Source: Glycera tridactyla
Lineage: Eukaryota
DNA length: 64,000 nucleotides
NCBI GenBank assembly: GCA_965644265.1
Contig: OZ286459.1
Location: 106,144,001 to 106,208,000 of the forward strand
Reading direction: 5' to 3'
A model generated the notes under the pieces. It made no database searches. It was not told the DNA's origin and saw only the letters and a program-made list of their open reading frames with translations. Both the position numbers and the translations under genes were made by a program. Below are positions 42,129-52,599 of the stretch, piece after piece; the stretch's first letter is position 1, and each line of letters opens with the position of its first letter.

Positions 42129-42795
42129 AGCTGTCCTCCCACATCGACGTTTACAGCGACGTTCTACGACGTTTCACGAAGTTCAAGTGGCGGTAGGAAA
42201 AATGGCATTATTTGGCGATCAAGCAACAACGTTCGAGGTAGCGACATTCACGGGACGTTTGCGCGACGTTCAATGGTGATCTCGCCACGTTCTCGCGACG
42301 ATTTCCCGCGCTTGCGCGACGTTCTCATGGCGATAGGCGGCGATGGCGCCACGATGGTGCGAGGATAGTGCGACGATCACCGGCGATGTATGACGTTCGA
42401 AGAAGTTTGCGCGACGATAGGCGGCGTTAGACGGCGTTGGCCGACGATCACCGGCGATCTCCGGCGATGTACGACGTTCGAGGACGTTTGCGCGGCAATC
42501 AATGACGTTTTATGACATTTGACGATGTCTGACGACGTTTGATGACGTTTCTATCGACGTTTTTGCGACGATCAACGACGTTCGAGCCCCGATCACCTTT
42601 CAGCAACGTTCGCGCGACAAGTGTTTTGAACATGTTCAAAACAAACGTTGTACCCGGCGATCAGCGACGTTTTACAACGTTTTACGACGTTTTACGACAT
42701 TCACTGATGTTCGAGGAAGTTTGGGCGACGATCAACGACGTTTGAGCGACGATTTCCTCGAATGTCGTACCGAACGTCGATGTGGGAGGACAGCT
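42129..42795. mobile_element. PIF/Harbinger-like MITE, 667 bp
   Basis: Perfect 23-bp TIR AGCTGTCCTCCCACATCGACGTT (42129-42151 / 42773-42795). Flanking trinucleotides TGA / TAA are consistent with a TWA/TNA-type 3-bp TSD with one change. No ORF with homology. Confidence 0.75.
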
Positions 42796-43806
42796 TAAGT
42801 TGGTTGGTTGTTTGTTTTACGTCACGTGTGCATCAATGGGCTGTGTTTGGATTATCATGGACTTATCACAGAAGGCGATCATTTCTGAAATTCGACGACA
42901 CCCCAGGTGCCATCTCCGGAATTTATCGAGGCTACGGGTCGTGATTTATTGGTGAATGCCTGAAAAATTCAGTCACCATGACATTCTCATTTTGTGCTGA
43001 TAACCATGCTCGAGGGGGGGGGGGGGGCGGGAGGGGGTGCCCTGTCCGATAAACCAATAAAGACTCACGATCAGAATAATTGTTTGCTCGTTTGTTCGGT
43101 TTACATCCCTTGAGCACTAATTGGGCTATATTGAGACTCCCATACAATGGGCACGGCTAGGATATTTTAGGAGTCCTGGTTTCGAGATGCCAGCGACGGA
43201 AGTGATGACATTCACAGACACTCAAGGTGTCATTACTGATTTATGAATTTCACGAAGACGCACTAAACCTTTTGTATTGGGTATTTCACTCCTTCCACCG
43301 CTGTGGAGTATGGAACTCTCATAGAACATGCATGTCTCCTGGGTTAAATATCATTGAGACATCAGCATTGGACCTTTATTATTGATTCCATTCCCGTCCT
43401 CCAATCGGAGAGAAATGTCATCACATAGAATTAGAAATATCTAGATTATAATGACACACAGGGGCTGGAGAATCAATGTACTTCAGGATATATCTACATG
43501 GGCCTATCTATGACAATGCATCTACATGTCCTGTAGTTCATCCTGGAAAGGTTCTGTGATCTTATGCCCCATTAGTGATAGGCATGAATGACGCATCACC
43601 ATGATCATACCCATTCGAGAAGTATTGCGGTGAGTCTGAACTGATAGCCACTCACACTTTCTGCTTCTCCGTCTTCTTGTGTTCAGAGATTATGTGACTG
43701 ATTCCAGCAGGGGTCAGGGAAGGCTGCTCTTATGAACCAGGCAGATACGACATATATAATCTCTCTGACTGATACATGCCCTCGAGCTCAAACATCCGAA
43801 CAACAT

Positions 43807-43832
43807 GGGGAAAGTGAAAAATACGGTCCCCT
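43807..43832 (+). repeat. Left terminal inverted repeat of Merlin element
   Basis: GGGGAAAGTGAAAAATACGGTCCCCT, exact reverse complement of 48418-48443. Confidence 0.95.
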
Positions 43833-44223
43833 GTTTTCGGAGGTTGACAGCACCTATAAAAACGATCCCAAAAATCATTTCTTGGTGTCATTTATTTGTA
43901 ATAATTAATTCCGTCCTTATAGGGCACAGCAAAGTGTAGCATCTTTCAATATTAACGATAGAAATACTGATTTAGAAGCCGTATCTTGGGGAAAAAATCC
44001 CCCGGTTTGGTAGTCTATAAAATGAGAGATGTCAAAGTGTAGCAACAATTGCATCTACGAATTTCAAACGAAATCAGCGTTGACAAGATCATATAAGAAC
44101 ATCATGAGAGAGTGAAGATTGAAAGTAACATGGAAAACCGCAAGAAAGATCTTGAAAACCTGTCATCTCACCTCATTTCATGTAAACTGTCACGGGATCG
44201 CAACTCGCATCTCTCATTGTTGT

Positions 44224-44674
44224 GGCCGCCATTGCTTACCTGTTCACTTCCGGTTCTGAATCCGTGCGCTTGCGCGGACCTCAAAGAGTTCCCTAAGAAA
44301 TCATCGAATAACTCATTAAAAATGTGATAAATACCTTCCTCGATGATTTTTCTGATCTAATTAGCCAATATGGAGAAAAGTTTGGGGTATACAGACTATT
44401 TTGAAGCGTTCGTTGCAAAAACAATGTTGAAATAGCTAACCAAATCACCACCTCGCTAAAAACGTGATCTCGCGCGAGAAGTCCGAATGATATAGTTCTC
44501 ATTTCGTTTTCGATTTACGATATAAATATACGTTACCAGTTGCACCCTTGCGAGCAATTAATGTTATATAAACGTTTTGAAACGATTTATACAAAAATAA
44601 TGAGTTAGAAACGTCTCTGAAATGATTTTAGCGGTGATGCTATGAATCGATGCTATAACGGCCAGTCACGTGAC
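44224..44674. promoter_or_regulatory. Putative internal (possibly bidirectional) promoter of the Merlin element
   Basis: GGCCGCCATT (YY1-like, 44224-44233), ACTTCCGG (ETS, 44246-44253), TGCGCTTGCGC (NRF1-like, ~44265-44275), CCAAT (~44366), TCTCGCGCGAGA palindrome (~44469-44480), GTCACGTGAC E-box (44665-44674). Motif matches only. Confidence 0.35.
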
Positions 44675-45638
44675 CGCCGAGGTTGCTAAGGGCGCGAAAA
44701 TTCAAAAATACTTACACACGGTCGAGGATCGAGGTAGAAGTGGGCATGCGAGAAATGGCCTATTAAGAGAGGGACAGGTATGTGATGTTTGTAATGTGTG
44801 GATGCGCAAGCAGAAGTATGAGCAAAGGCAAGCAGATGGGTATACCTGGAAGTGCCCAGAGTGCAGAGGCAGAAAATCCATACGTACTGGCAGCTTCTTC
44901 GAGAAGCAAAATCTTGATTTACAGACACTTCTCATGGTACTGTATTCATTCTCTCTACAAGTTCAAATTGTGGATGCTGTGAAAACGATTGGGAGTCACA
45001 TGTGTGAGAAGTCCATCATGGACTGGTACAATCTGTTTCGTGACTGTATGTCTCGATGGATGCTGGATCACCCACTCCAACTCGGTGGACCTGGCGAAAT
45101 CGTTGAAATTGACGAGTCCCTTTGGCGTGGTAAGCGTAAATACAACAGGGGTAGAGCGATTGCTGATTCTCCATGGGTGTTTGGCATGCTCTTCCGAACT
45201 ACGAAGAAGGTGGTTCTTGCCATAGTTCCTAACCGCACAAGGGAGGAGCTCGTCAGCCACATCGTTCGGCACATTGTTCTGAGGACGACAATATACTCCG
45301 ACCAGTTGGCAGCCTATGCTCGCTTGGGCCAACAAGAAAACCAGTACGTTCACCAAACTGTCAACCACTCGGACAACTACGTTGATCCTGAAGATGGTAC
45401 GCAAACGCAGTCCATTGAGGGTTGTTGGGGAAACTTGAAGTGCATTTTCAAGTCGATGCATGGTGTGAGAACAGAGAGGCTCCCAGCATACTTGGATGAA
45501 GTCACGTTCAGGTGGAACGCGAAAGGCGAGGACATTTTCGCCAAGCTGGTCAACATAATGGCCCTTCACTACCCTTGTGGCAATGAGCAGGTGGATGTGG
45601 CAATGCGTCAGGCAATGCCGCAGGTCCGTTTCCATTAG
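44670..45638 (+). CDS. Merlin/ISXO2-like DDE transposase (IS1595 family), N-terminus uncertain
   Basis: Zn-ribbon C38-x2-C41...DGYTWKC62-x2-C65...SIRTGSFF; LGGPGEIVEID148ES; GKRKYNRGR; WVFGM; IYSD211; TVNHS; TQSIE250GCW; YLDEVTFR. These are hallmark motifs of ISXO2/IS1595-type transposases. The ORF is called from GTG; the first in-frame ATG is only at codon 45. Confidence 0.92.
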   Translation: MTAEVAKGAKIQKYLHTVEDRGRSGHARNGLLREGQVCDVCNVWMRKQKYEQRQADGYTWKCPECRGRKSIRTGSFFEKQNLDLQTLLMVLYSFSLQVQIVDAVKTIGSHMCEKSIMDWYNLFRDCMSRWMLDHPLQLGGPGEIVEIDESLWRGKRKYNRGRAIADSPWVFGMLFRTTKKVVLAIVPNRTREELVSHIVRHIVLRTTIYSDQLAAYARLGQQENQYVHQTVNHSDNYVDPEDGTQTQSIEGCWGNLKCIFKSMHGVRTERLPAYLDEVTFRWNAKGEDIFAKLVNIMALHYPCGNEQVDVAMRQAMPQVRFH

Positions 45639-46622
45639 GATGCTCGTGCAATAGATACATTTATTTTTATACAGTAACCCAATGAAGGAAGCTGAAAGTA
45701 AAGATTACTGAAGGACAACAAACTGAAAAAAGAGATGTTTCCATTGAATAGGTAAGTAATGTCAATGATTTTATTCAAGTTGAATTTATCTTGGTTGAGA
45801 TGTACACAACAAAAATATAAGTAAACCCAATGCCTAAGCACATTGCATTTACGAAGCCCTAGATCACCATCCCTCCCCTATTCACCCCCCCCCCCCTATC
45901 CACAATCTCACAGGGGAAGATAAAGTGTTAAGTGAACCCGGCCATTTATGACATTGCAGAAATGGAGAAATTTCCCATTCAATTATTAGACTCCACCCAT
46001 TCTGATTTATTGCTCCCCATAAAACCCGGTCGTGATTGACTTTNNNNNNNNNNNNNNNNNNNNNNNNNNNNNNNNNNNNNNNNNNNNNNNNNNNNNNNNN
46101 NNNNNNNNNNNNNNNNNNNNNNNNNNNNNNNNNNNNNNNNNNNNNNNNNNNNNNNNNNNNNNNNNNNNNNNNNNNNNNNNNNNNNNNNNNNNNNNNNNNN
46201 NNNNNNNNNNNNNNNNNNNNNNNNNNNNNNNNNNNNNNNNNNNNNNNNNNNNNNNNNNNNNNNNNNNNNNNNNNNNNNNNNNNNNNNNNNNNNNNNNNNN
46301 NNNNNNNNNNNNNNNNNNNNNNNNNNNNNNNNNNNNNNNNNNNNNNNNNNNNNNNNNNNNNNNNNNNNNNNNNNNNNNNNNNNNNNNNNNNNNNNNNNNN
46401 NNNNNNNNNNNNNNNNNNNNNNNNNNNNNNNNNNNNNNNNNNNNNNNNNNNNNNNNNNNNNNNNNNNNNNNNNNNNNNNNNNNNNNNNNNNNNNNNNNNN
46501 NNNNNNNNNNNNNNNNNNNNNNNNNNNNNNNNNNNNNNNNNNNNNNNNNNNNNNNNNNNNNNNNNNNNNNNNNNNNNNNNNNNNNNNNNNNNNNNNNNNN
46601 NNNNNNNNNNNNNNNNNNNNNN

Positions 46623-47979
46623 CGCTGAACTTGCAGCTGTCTGATATCACAATAACATCATTTTCTTCATCATCAGCAACCACATCATCAGTTGTGGATA
46701 TTTCATAACCATCAGTGAATTCAAGTGCCAGTTCGAATGCCTTTGAATGATCAAACTCGCTCTCAGGTCAATTTCACTGTCACTTAGTAATTTCTTTAGG
46801 AATGATGATACATTGCAGTTATGAGGGGGATAGGTGAAAGTTTGATGATGGAAGCGATAGATATTGTGGAAAGGATGAATGACGAGAACATTAATGACAT
46901 TTTTGCAAATGGGTTTCTGATTTACGCGCTGCTGAAACTTTGGCTCGTAGAGATAGTACATCTGCGACACGTCACCCTCCCCAACAACTTGCTCCCAGTT
47001 TCCTTTGGTTTAAAGGTAATTCCTCACTTTATGTGGAGCCTGTACGGCCAGGAATTTGTAAGCCTCTGCAGACGCAATCGGATTACCACACATCTGGCAG
47101 GAACCACTGTAATTCATCCCTGGTTGTTTCGCATCAACAAACCTATGTTCTTCAGAATTGCATAGGTTCAGAGTCATGTTGGCAAAACCCTGGCGACATG
47201 AGTTTTCACCACAACAAGAATCCATTGCCGAGTGCAGAACAGGTGGTTGGAACAGTTGCTGGTCAGTGCGATCCGGGTAGGCAACAGGAAAGGATGGATT
47301 GAAGTGTGTGCGCACAATCGGGGCAGAGAAGATGGTAGAAAGTAGTCTCGACATCTTCCTGGAAGGAAAGAGAAACTGATCACCAAATGCTATTTGTCAA
47401 GTCAATACTTATGGCTGTAATAAAGATAAAAATGTTAGAACATTGTTAGTTTTTTCAGGGTACTATAAATATTAATATATAATATGAAAGACTGAAAGTG
47501 AAAAGAAATTCCATTGTCAATGAACCATGTCTTACTTGAATGTACCATAAAAAACTGCACTGAACCTGCTGAATGAAAGCAGACCAACACTAACCTCCAT
47601 TAAACATCATCTGTCACATTTCCATTCAAATTCTTCAGCCTATTTGCCTCCCTGTACCAATATTTGTAATTATATATCAATAGATTTGACAGTAACTCAC
47701 CTGAAACTTTGTAGATCTTCTGTTTATCAGGACCCTTTTGGCAGTACTCCTGGTCTTTCACTTTCAGAAAAGTGGCAGCATTCATTTCCCCACCTTCTTA
47801 CATGGAGAGCACAGGTTTGACACACTCACCTGGTACATTGCTGATTCTCACTGTTAATCTGATAGCAGTGGGACTGCATGGATGGGGGGATTCAATCATG
47901 GAACAAGAAGCTGACATGTAATGAGATATGAAGTAGTACCTGCTGTGGGACTGCACTGGTGGAGCGATTTTCGCCTCAT
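46623..47979 (-). pseudogene. Second, convergent, apparently multi-exon gene inside the Merlin element; unknown product, disrupted
   Basis: ORFs 47010-47354 and 46647-46970 are in the same frame, separated by one TAA, giving ~200 codons of near-open frame. Acceptor CTCTTTCCTTCCAG at 47359. Donors CAG/GTGAGT at 47829 and 47700, and AA/GTAAGA at 47535. A -1 shift near 46770 gives an acidic tail PESEFDHSKAFELALEFTDGYEISTTDDVVADDEENDVIVISDS running into the gap. Confidence 0.55.
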
Positions 47980-48417
47980 CACAGGCAACTGTCGTATTAA
48001 TACGCTCACAACAAAAATGGCAGCTACCAGGAAGCAGGTGCTTGTGACACATTTATTAGCGATTTTTAGTCACTAAAACGACCAGACAAGTTAAATCAGG
48101 TATTTGATCAGCGAAATTAGTTTATTTTATTGTTGGATATTGATTGTTTTGGAGGTTTAGTTCGTTTTTGTTGGAAATCAGAGTAGAAACAAATGATGCT
48201 ACACTCTTGTCATGACAGGCTATCCCCAGGGGATTTTTCCCCCTTTGATACGGCTTTTAAACCAGTTGGAAAGACAGAAAATATTAATTTTGTTGAAAGA
48301 TGCTACACTTCGTCGCCACCTAATAGGAATTTTATTGATAGAAACATATTGCTGATATATTCATCAATAAAAAGTAACTATGGGACCGTTTTCTTACATT
48401 CGACAGGTGCTCGAAAT

Positions 48418-48443
48418 AGGGGACCGTATTTTTCACTTTCCCC
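48418..48443 (-). repeat. Right terminal inverted repeat of Merlin element
   Basis: AGGGGACCGTATTTTTCACTTTCCCC. Confidence 0.95.
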
Positions 48444-50342
48444 AACAACCTAGTATGTATGTGCTTCAGAACCCGCCGAAATGATATTCTGGGTGTGTAT
48501 TCATTTAGGTGTGCGTAAGTTGGTTTGGAGTATTTGGAACGTTCCATGGTGGCCATCATCGTCTCCACCATAACTAGGTAAAGCACCACAAGGGCGGCTA
48601 TTGGTTTTTACATTCACTTCTACGCCCCAACCCCTCACCAAGTTTCCATGTAGTCAGAAATATTCTCACCGGTCAGTTTTGAATAAACCTGCCAAAACAA
48701 ATATGTTGATTGAGTAAGGTCTAAATTAACATATTCGATTTGACAGCTTTTGCAGACTTATATGATTGACAGTTGATGAATTCGTCTACATCAAGATTCA
48801 AGACGATTCACCATTAACCCTAATCACATGATTATATACCACATGGAATCTTGGTGAGGAAGTGTGGTGGTTTGGATAGATTGCGAATTGTCTGCAATGC
48901 AACGCAGAGTTGCTATTCCGATATGTATATCATTATTTATTGAGACATATGTTCCAAGGCACACTTTTCAGAATACAAGCAAAAATTTGATTTGAATCGT
49001 TCATCGTAGGAAAATGTCAGTGTTGTGGTTTTGTTCCCATCGAGATATCTCATTAATTAACATGTTTCTCAAGAGTAAGACAGACGTGGATTGATTCAGC
49101 TCATTTTCATATCATGATATTAATGAACACTTATCTGCAGCTTTCCATGATCATTGTTACGAAACATATATTTGGCCGATTGAAGATATACTTTCAATCT
49201 GTTCATTTGAAGTGATATGTTGATACGATTCACACCACTGATGTGCTCAATGTCTTTGTATCGATCAACAAACTGTCTCGAGTAGAATACCATCTAAGAT
49301 TAGTTAGTTGTAGGTCAAACCTCAGTTGTGATATGCGATTAGCTAATATGCACAGCAGGAAGGGTGTAGCAGCTGGTGTCTCCATGAGCAAAACCAGCAT
49401 TCCGTAATTTCTTCATTATTTGAGAATGCTGTTACAGGGGGTCTCTATCAGCTGCATGGAGTCAGGAGCGCCATCTCACATCTTGATGCTTCACCTGCCA
49501 CGTTCAAGCTAGAAAATATCCACGAATGCTCATGACGAACATTACAAAATGTGAAGCTGCCAGAAAGCAAAGGTCAACTCTCGTTCGTCAGCTCAAATGC
49601 ATTGGCGTAGCGTCATCCAGTAAGCTCGCAGTTCACGTGATGCCATGATGAACCGGTGATGACTGTTTTGTTGGTTCTGACTTAACATCACGTAAGCACG
49701 ATAGGTGTTATATTGCGATACCAATGCAAAAATCAGCGGTAGGATTATCCGATACTCCTTCATCTCGGTCTCCTAAGAGAGGTGACAATTAGGTTACAGA
49801 GTTACCCTCGGAAATCAAAATCATTGAACGTGGAAATAATATAGATGGAGGCTCCCCATGGGCCTTGAACAGTGGAATTCACTCTGGGTACACTGTGGGT
49901 ATTTGAGCATCATAGGTTAAATCAGAGACCATGGATAGTGTGATGCGCCACTCACTCTTTGATCATATGTAATCACCGTGGCAGCCGGGTACACTACAGC
50001 ACCCCACCACCCCTTCACTATATATAGAAGTCAATATCTATATCAATATATCTGATGTTTTTTCAGCCACCTCTGAGTGCTTCACTTAAATCTAATTGCC
50101 CCTTCAACAGTATCATATATGTAAGATATCTTGCTGAAAATATAAAGAATTTTATTTGGTGGGGGGATGGGGAGTCGTATAGACTATATCCACAATAAAG
50201 TGAACATGGGACCAGAGGAATATCTTATCACATGGATATGCCATTTTCAGTGAAGAATCGGGTGTTGAGTATTGCGTGTGATACTTCACAGCTGGATGAG
50301 AACTGCTTTTTGATGATTTCCCCTCCTAATCCATGTGATAAA

Positions 50343-50429
50343 AGCAAGACTATATGACCGTGGGACATCCGGTGAAATTCACACCTTGTTTGATATTGCG
50401 TTTTTACTTCACGGTCATATAGTCTTGCT
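50343..50429. repeat. 87-bp hairpin: 20-bp perfect inverted repeat, 47-bp spacer
   Basis: AGCAAGACTATATGACCGTG (50343-50362) / CACGGTCATATAGTCTTGCT (50410-50429). Confidence 0.85.
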
Positions 50430-52599
50430 ATACCATGATGCTGGAGACCAAGGTCTATGCTGGTTCTTGAATGAGATTCATCATGACGAATACAGCTCAT
50501 TCTCAACTCAAATCAAAGTGTATGATATAGCACTTATCATTCATTATTAATTCAGATAAATCTGATGAGAAAACTAATTTGGAATTCACTCATTGACAGT
50601 AATCAATTGCAAAGTATAACATAATATCAAGCAACATAGGATATAAACCCTTAGCTCACAAAATCTCATACTTTTATATATGAATTATATAGCCTCACTG
50701 TGTACAATATTTAAATGCATCAGTACAGTTCAACCTGCTCAAAAGACTACCCTAGCACCTGCATACAGAGGCCACTCGTGGATTCTACTAGCATCGGCAC
50801 AAAAATGGAAACAACATGAAAAATTGCTGACTTCGTTATAATGTTTATGGCTTCCATGACGAGGAATTGATGAGACCATTCAATGAAACCTGTCTTGAGA
50901 ACCACGGAAAAAAGCATATACATTCAAACACTACATATCAAGCTATACAGCAAATTTGTTTGACTATCAGTGAAATCAGTAGTGCATGGTTATAGGTTCC
51001 AACTGGTTCCAAAATAACACCGATGCAAGAAAACCTCCCATCATCTGCAATATTTATCTACAGGGTTTTCGATGAGAACCTCATGAGGTCATTTGAGTTC
51101 AGAATAAATAGTCAGTGGCAACAACGCATGCATGAACACAGGCAGCGGTGGCTGTCCATTCTTTACATTTACGAGAGTGTCTAGTATTTGTTTGTATTGA
51201 TAAAGTTTGAGCATTATTGAATGAATTAGAAGAAGGAAATCTTTAAAACTTGGTGACAGGATCTACCACATTTGTAGGCATCACAGTATAATCACCTGGA
51301 CATCCTCATTGATCAAGACATATTGAGTTCATGCTACCTTACTATAGCTATGACCTCAGAGACTAGAGGGGTAGTAGAGCGAAAGATTAGCTGGTGTGTT
51401 GATAGGTTATCATGGCACAGATGTTCTTGTGACAAATGGTTTTTTTATATGCAGACTTGGCGTGCTGGTACCCTGTAGCATACCAACCGCATGGTGGTGC
51501 TGGTAGCAGGCTGATAGCACTTTTGGCCGGAGTAAAGTTTCTCCCTATCTAAGGTCTCTGCTTCAATGGACTACCGGCCAGTGCTCCTTGCAGTCAACCG
51601 AGCAGGGGGTTTTCCGCATCCCCAGTCTGAACTCCTAGAACCACCATGTATGTGCTGCATGTTCCATATGAAGACAATTCATGCGTCAATGGTGTGTTGA
51701 CTGAAGAGGACATGCAGAATAGAGCCACCTGCACTCTGGAATAAAAAACTACTGCAGTCTCTCATCCTACCCCTGAAAAATGGTAGCGTGGCAATGAGAG
51801 TTTCCCATTGTCAGTAATACCACTCTTCCATCAAGGATAGAGAGAGAGTAGAATTGCTTGATTTGGTTTGATATTACTTTATTTATAGTCGTCTTAGTGG
51901 TACAGTATAGCATGTATCACAACTCAATTACCCCTAATTAGGGCTTCTCCAGGTCGGCGACGAAGATACAAAGAAGATTGACATTCTCGATGTAAATGGT
52001 ATGATATGTTGATAAATAAAATGTGAATATGATATTGTTAGTATGATGTAAGAAAGGAAAAACACTATTTATATGACTCTGTCATTGACAGACCGCTAGA
52101 CCGAGTATCTTTGACTGTTTGCAACACTGTACCGTTTTTGCTTAGAGGCAAAAACCAACAAAATGGCATGAGACAGTAAATACATTTACTGTACATAATT
52201 TGTCTAAATAGTGATTCTTGTATATGACTTAACCAAATGTTTTTATGATATATCTAAGAGAGAGAGAGAATTCACAGAAACTGACAGGAATTGACAGGAA
52301 CTGGCAGGCGCAAGAGAAGAGTTTTATTTACATTCGACACTCACATATGTTCATCAAACATGATTGCCATTATAATTGCCGTACGGGACTGGTGCGAATG
52401 GATTGATCGATTGAGTCTAGTTTAAAATACCTTACACCGCTTGGGTCATTGAATGCTATCGTACTATAAAATTACTATTTATTATACAGACCATTGCGTT
52501 CTGGAAGTTCTGTGTGTGAACCAAAAATTGAACTGAAAACATAATTTCGAGAAATGACTATCCCTTCGTTTGTTTTCAATTTTGGTATTTCCCATTATT

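Larger units (their letters stand above)
43807..48443 (+). mobile_element. Merlin (IS1595/ISXO2-like) DNA transposon, full length 4637 bp including one assembly gap
   Basis: 26-bp perfect TIR starting GGGG; 8-bp TSD AACAACAT (43799-43806) / AACAACCT (48444-48451); internal ISXO2-like transposase. GG-starting TIRs and 8-9-bp TSDs are the known Merlin signature. Confidence 0.92.

Noticed and set aside
44670-45638. Bacterial IS1595 contamination or recent horizontal transfer
   Set aside because: Embedded in eukaryotic repeat context, with a TSD, eukaryote-style promoter motifs and a companion region with spliceosomal signals. It fits the eukaryotic Merlin branch.
46700-47260. Second Merlin gene as a USP/C19 ubiquitin protease (GENSC, CQMC, VLVIH motifs)
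   Set aside because: Spacing between the putative Cys box and the CxxC is far too short, and the apparent His box disappears once the likely frameshift is corrected.
47798-48052. ATG at 48052 (MCHKHLL...) as the start of the second gene
   Set aside because: It lies in the TAAATGTGTCAC block of the degenerate inverted arm mirrored at the left end, so it is probably non-coding; a start at or below 47979 is more plausible.
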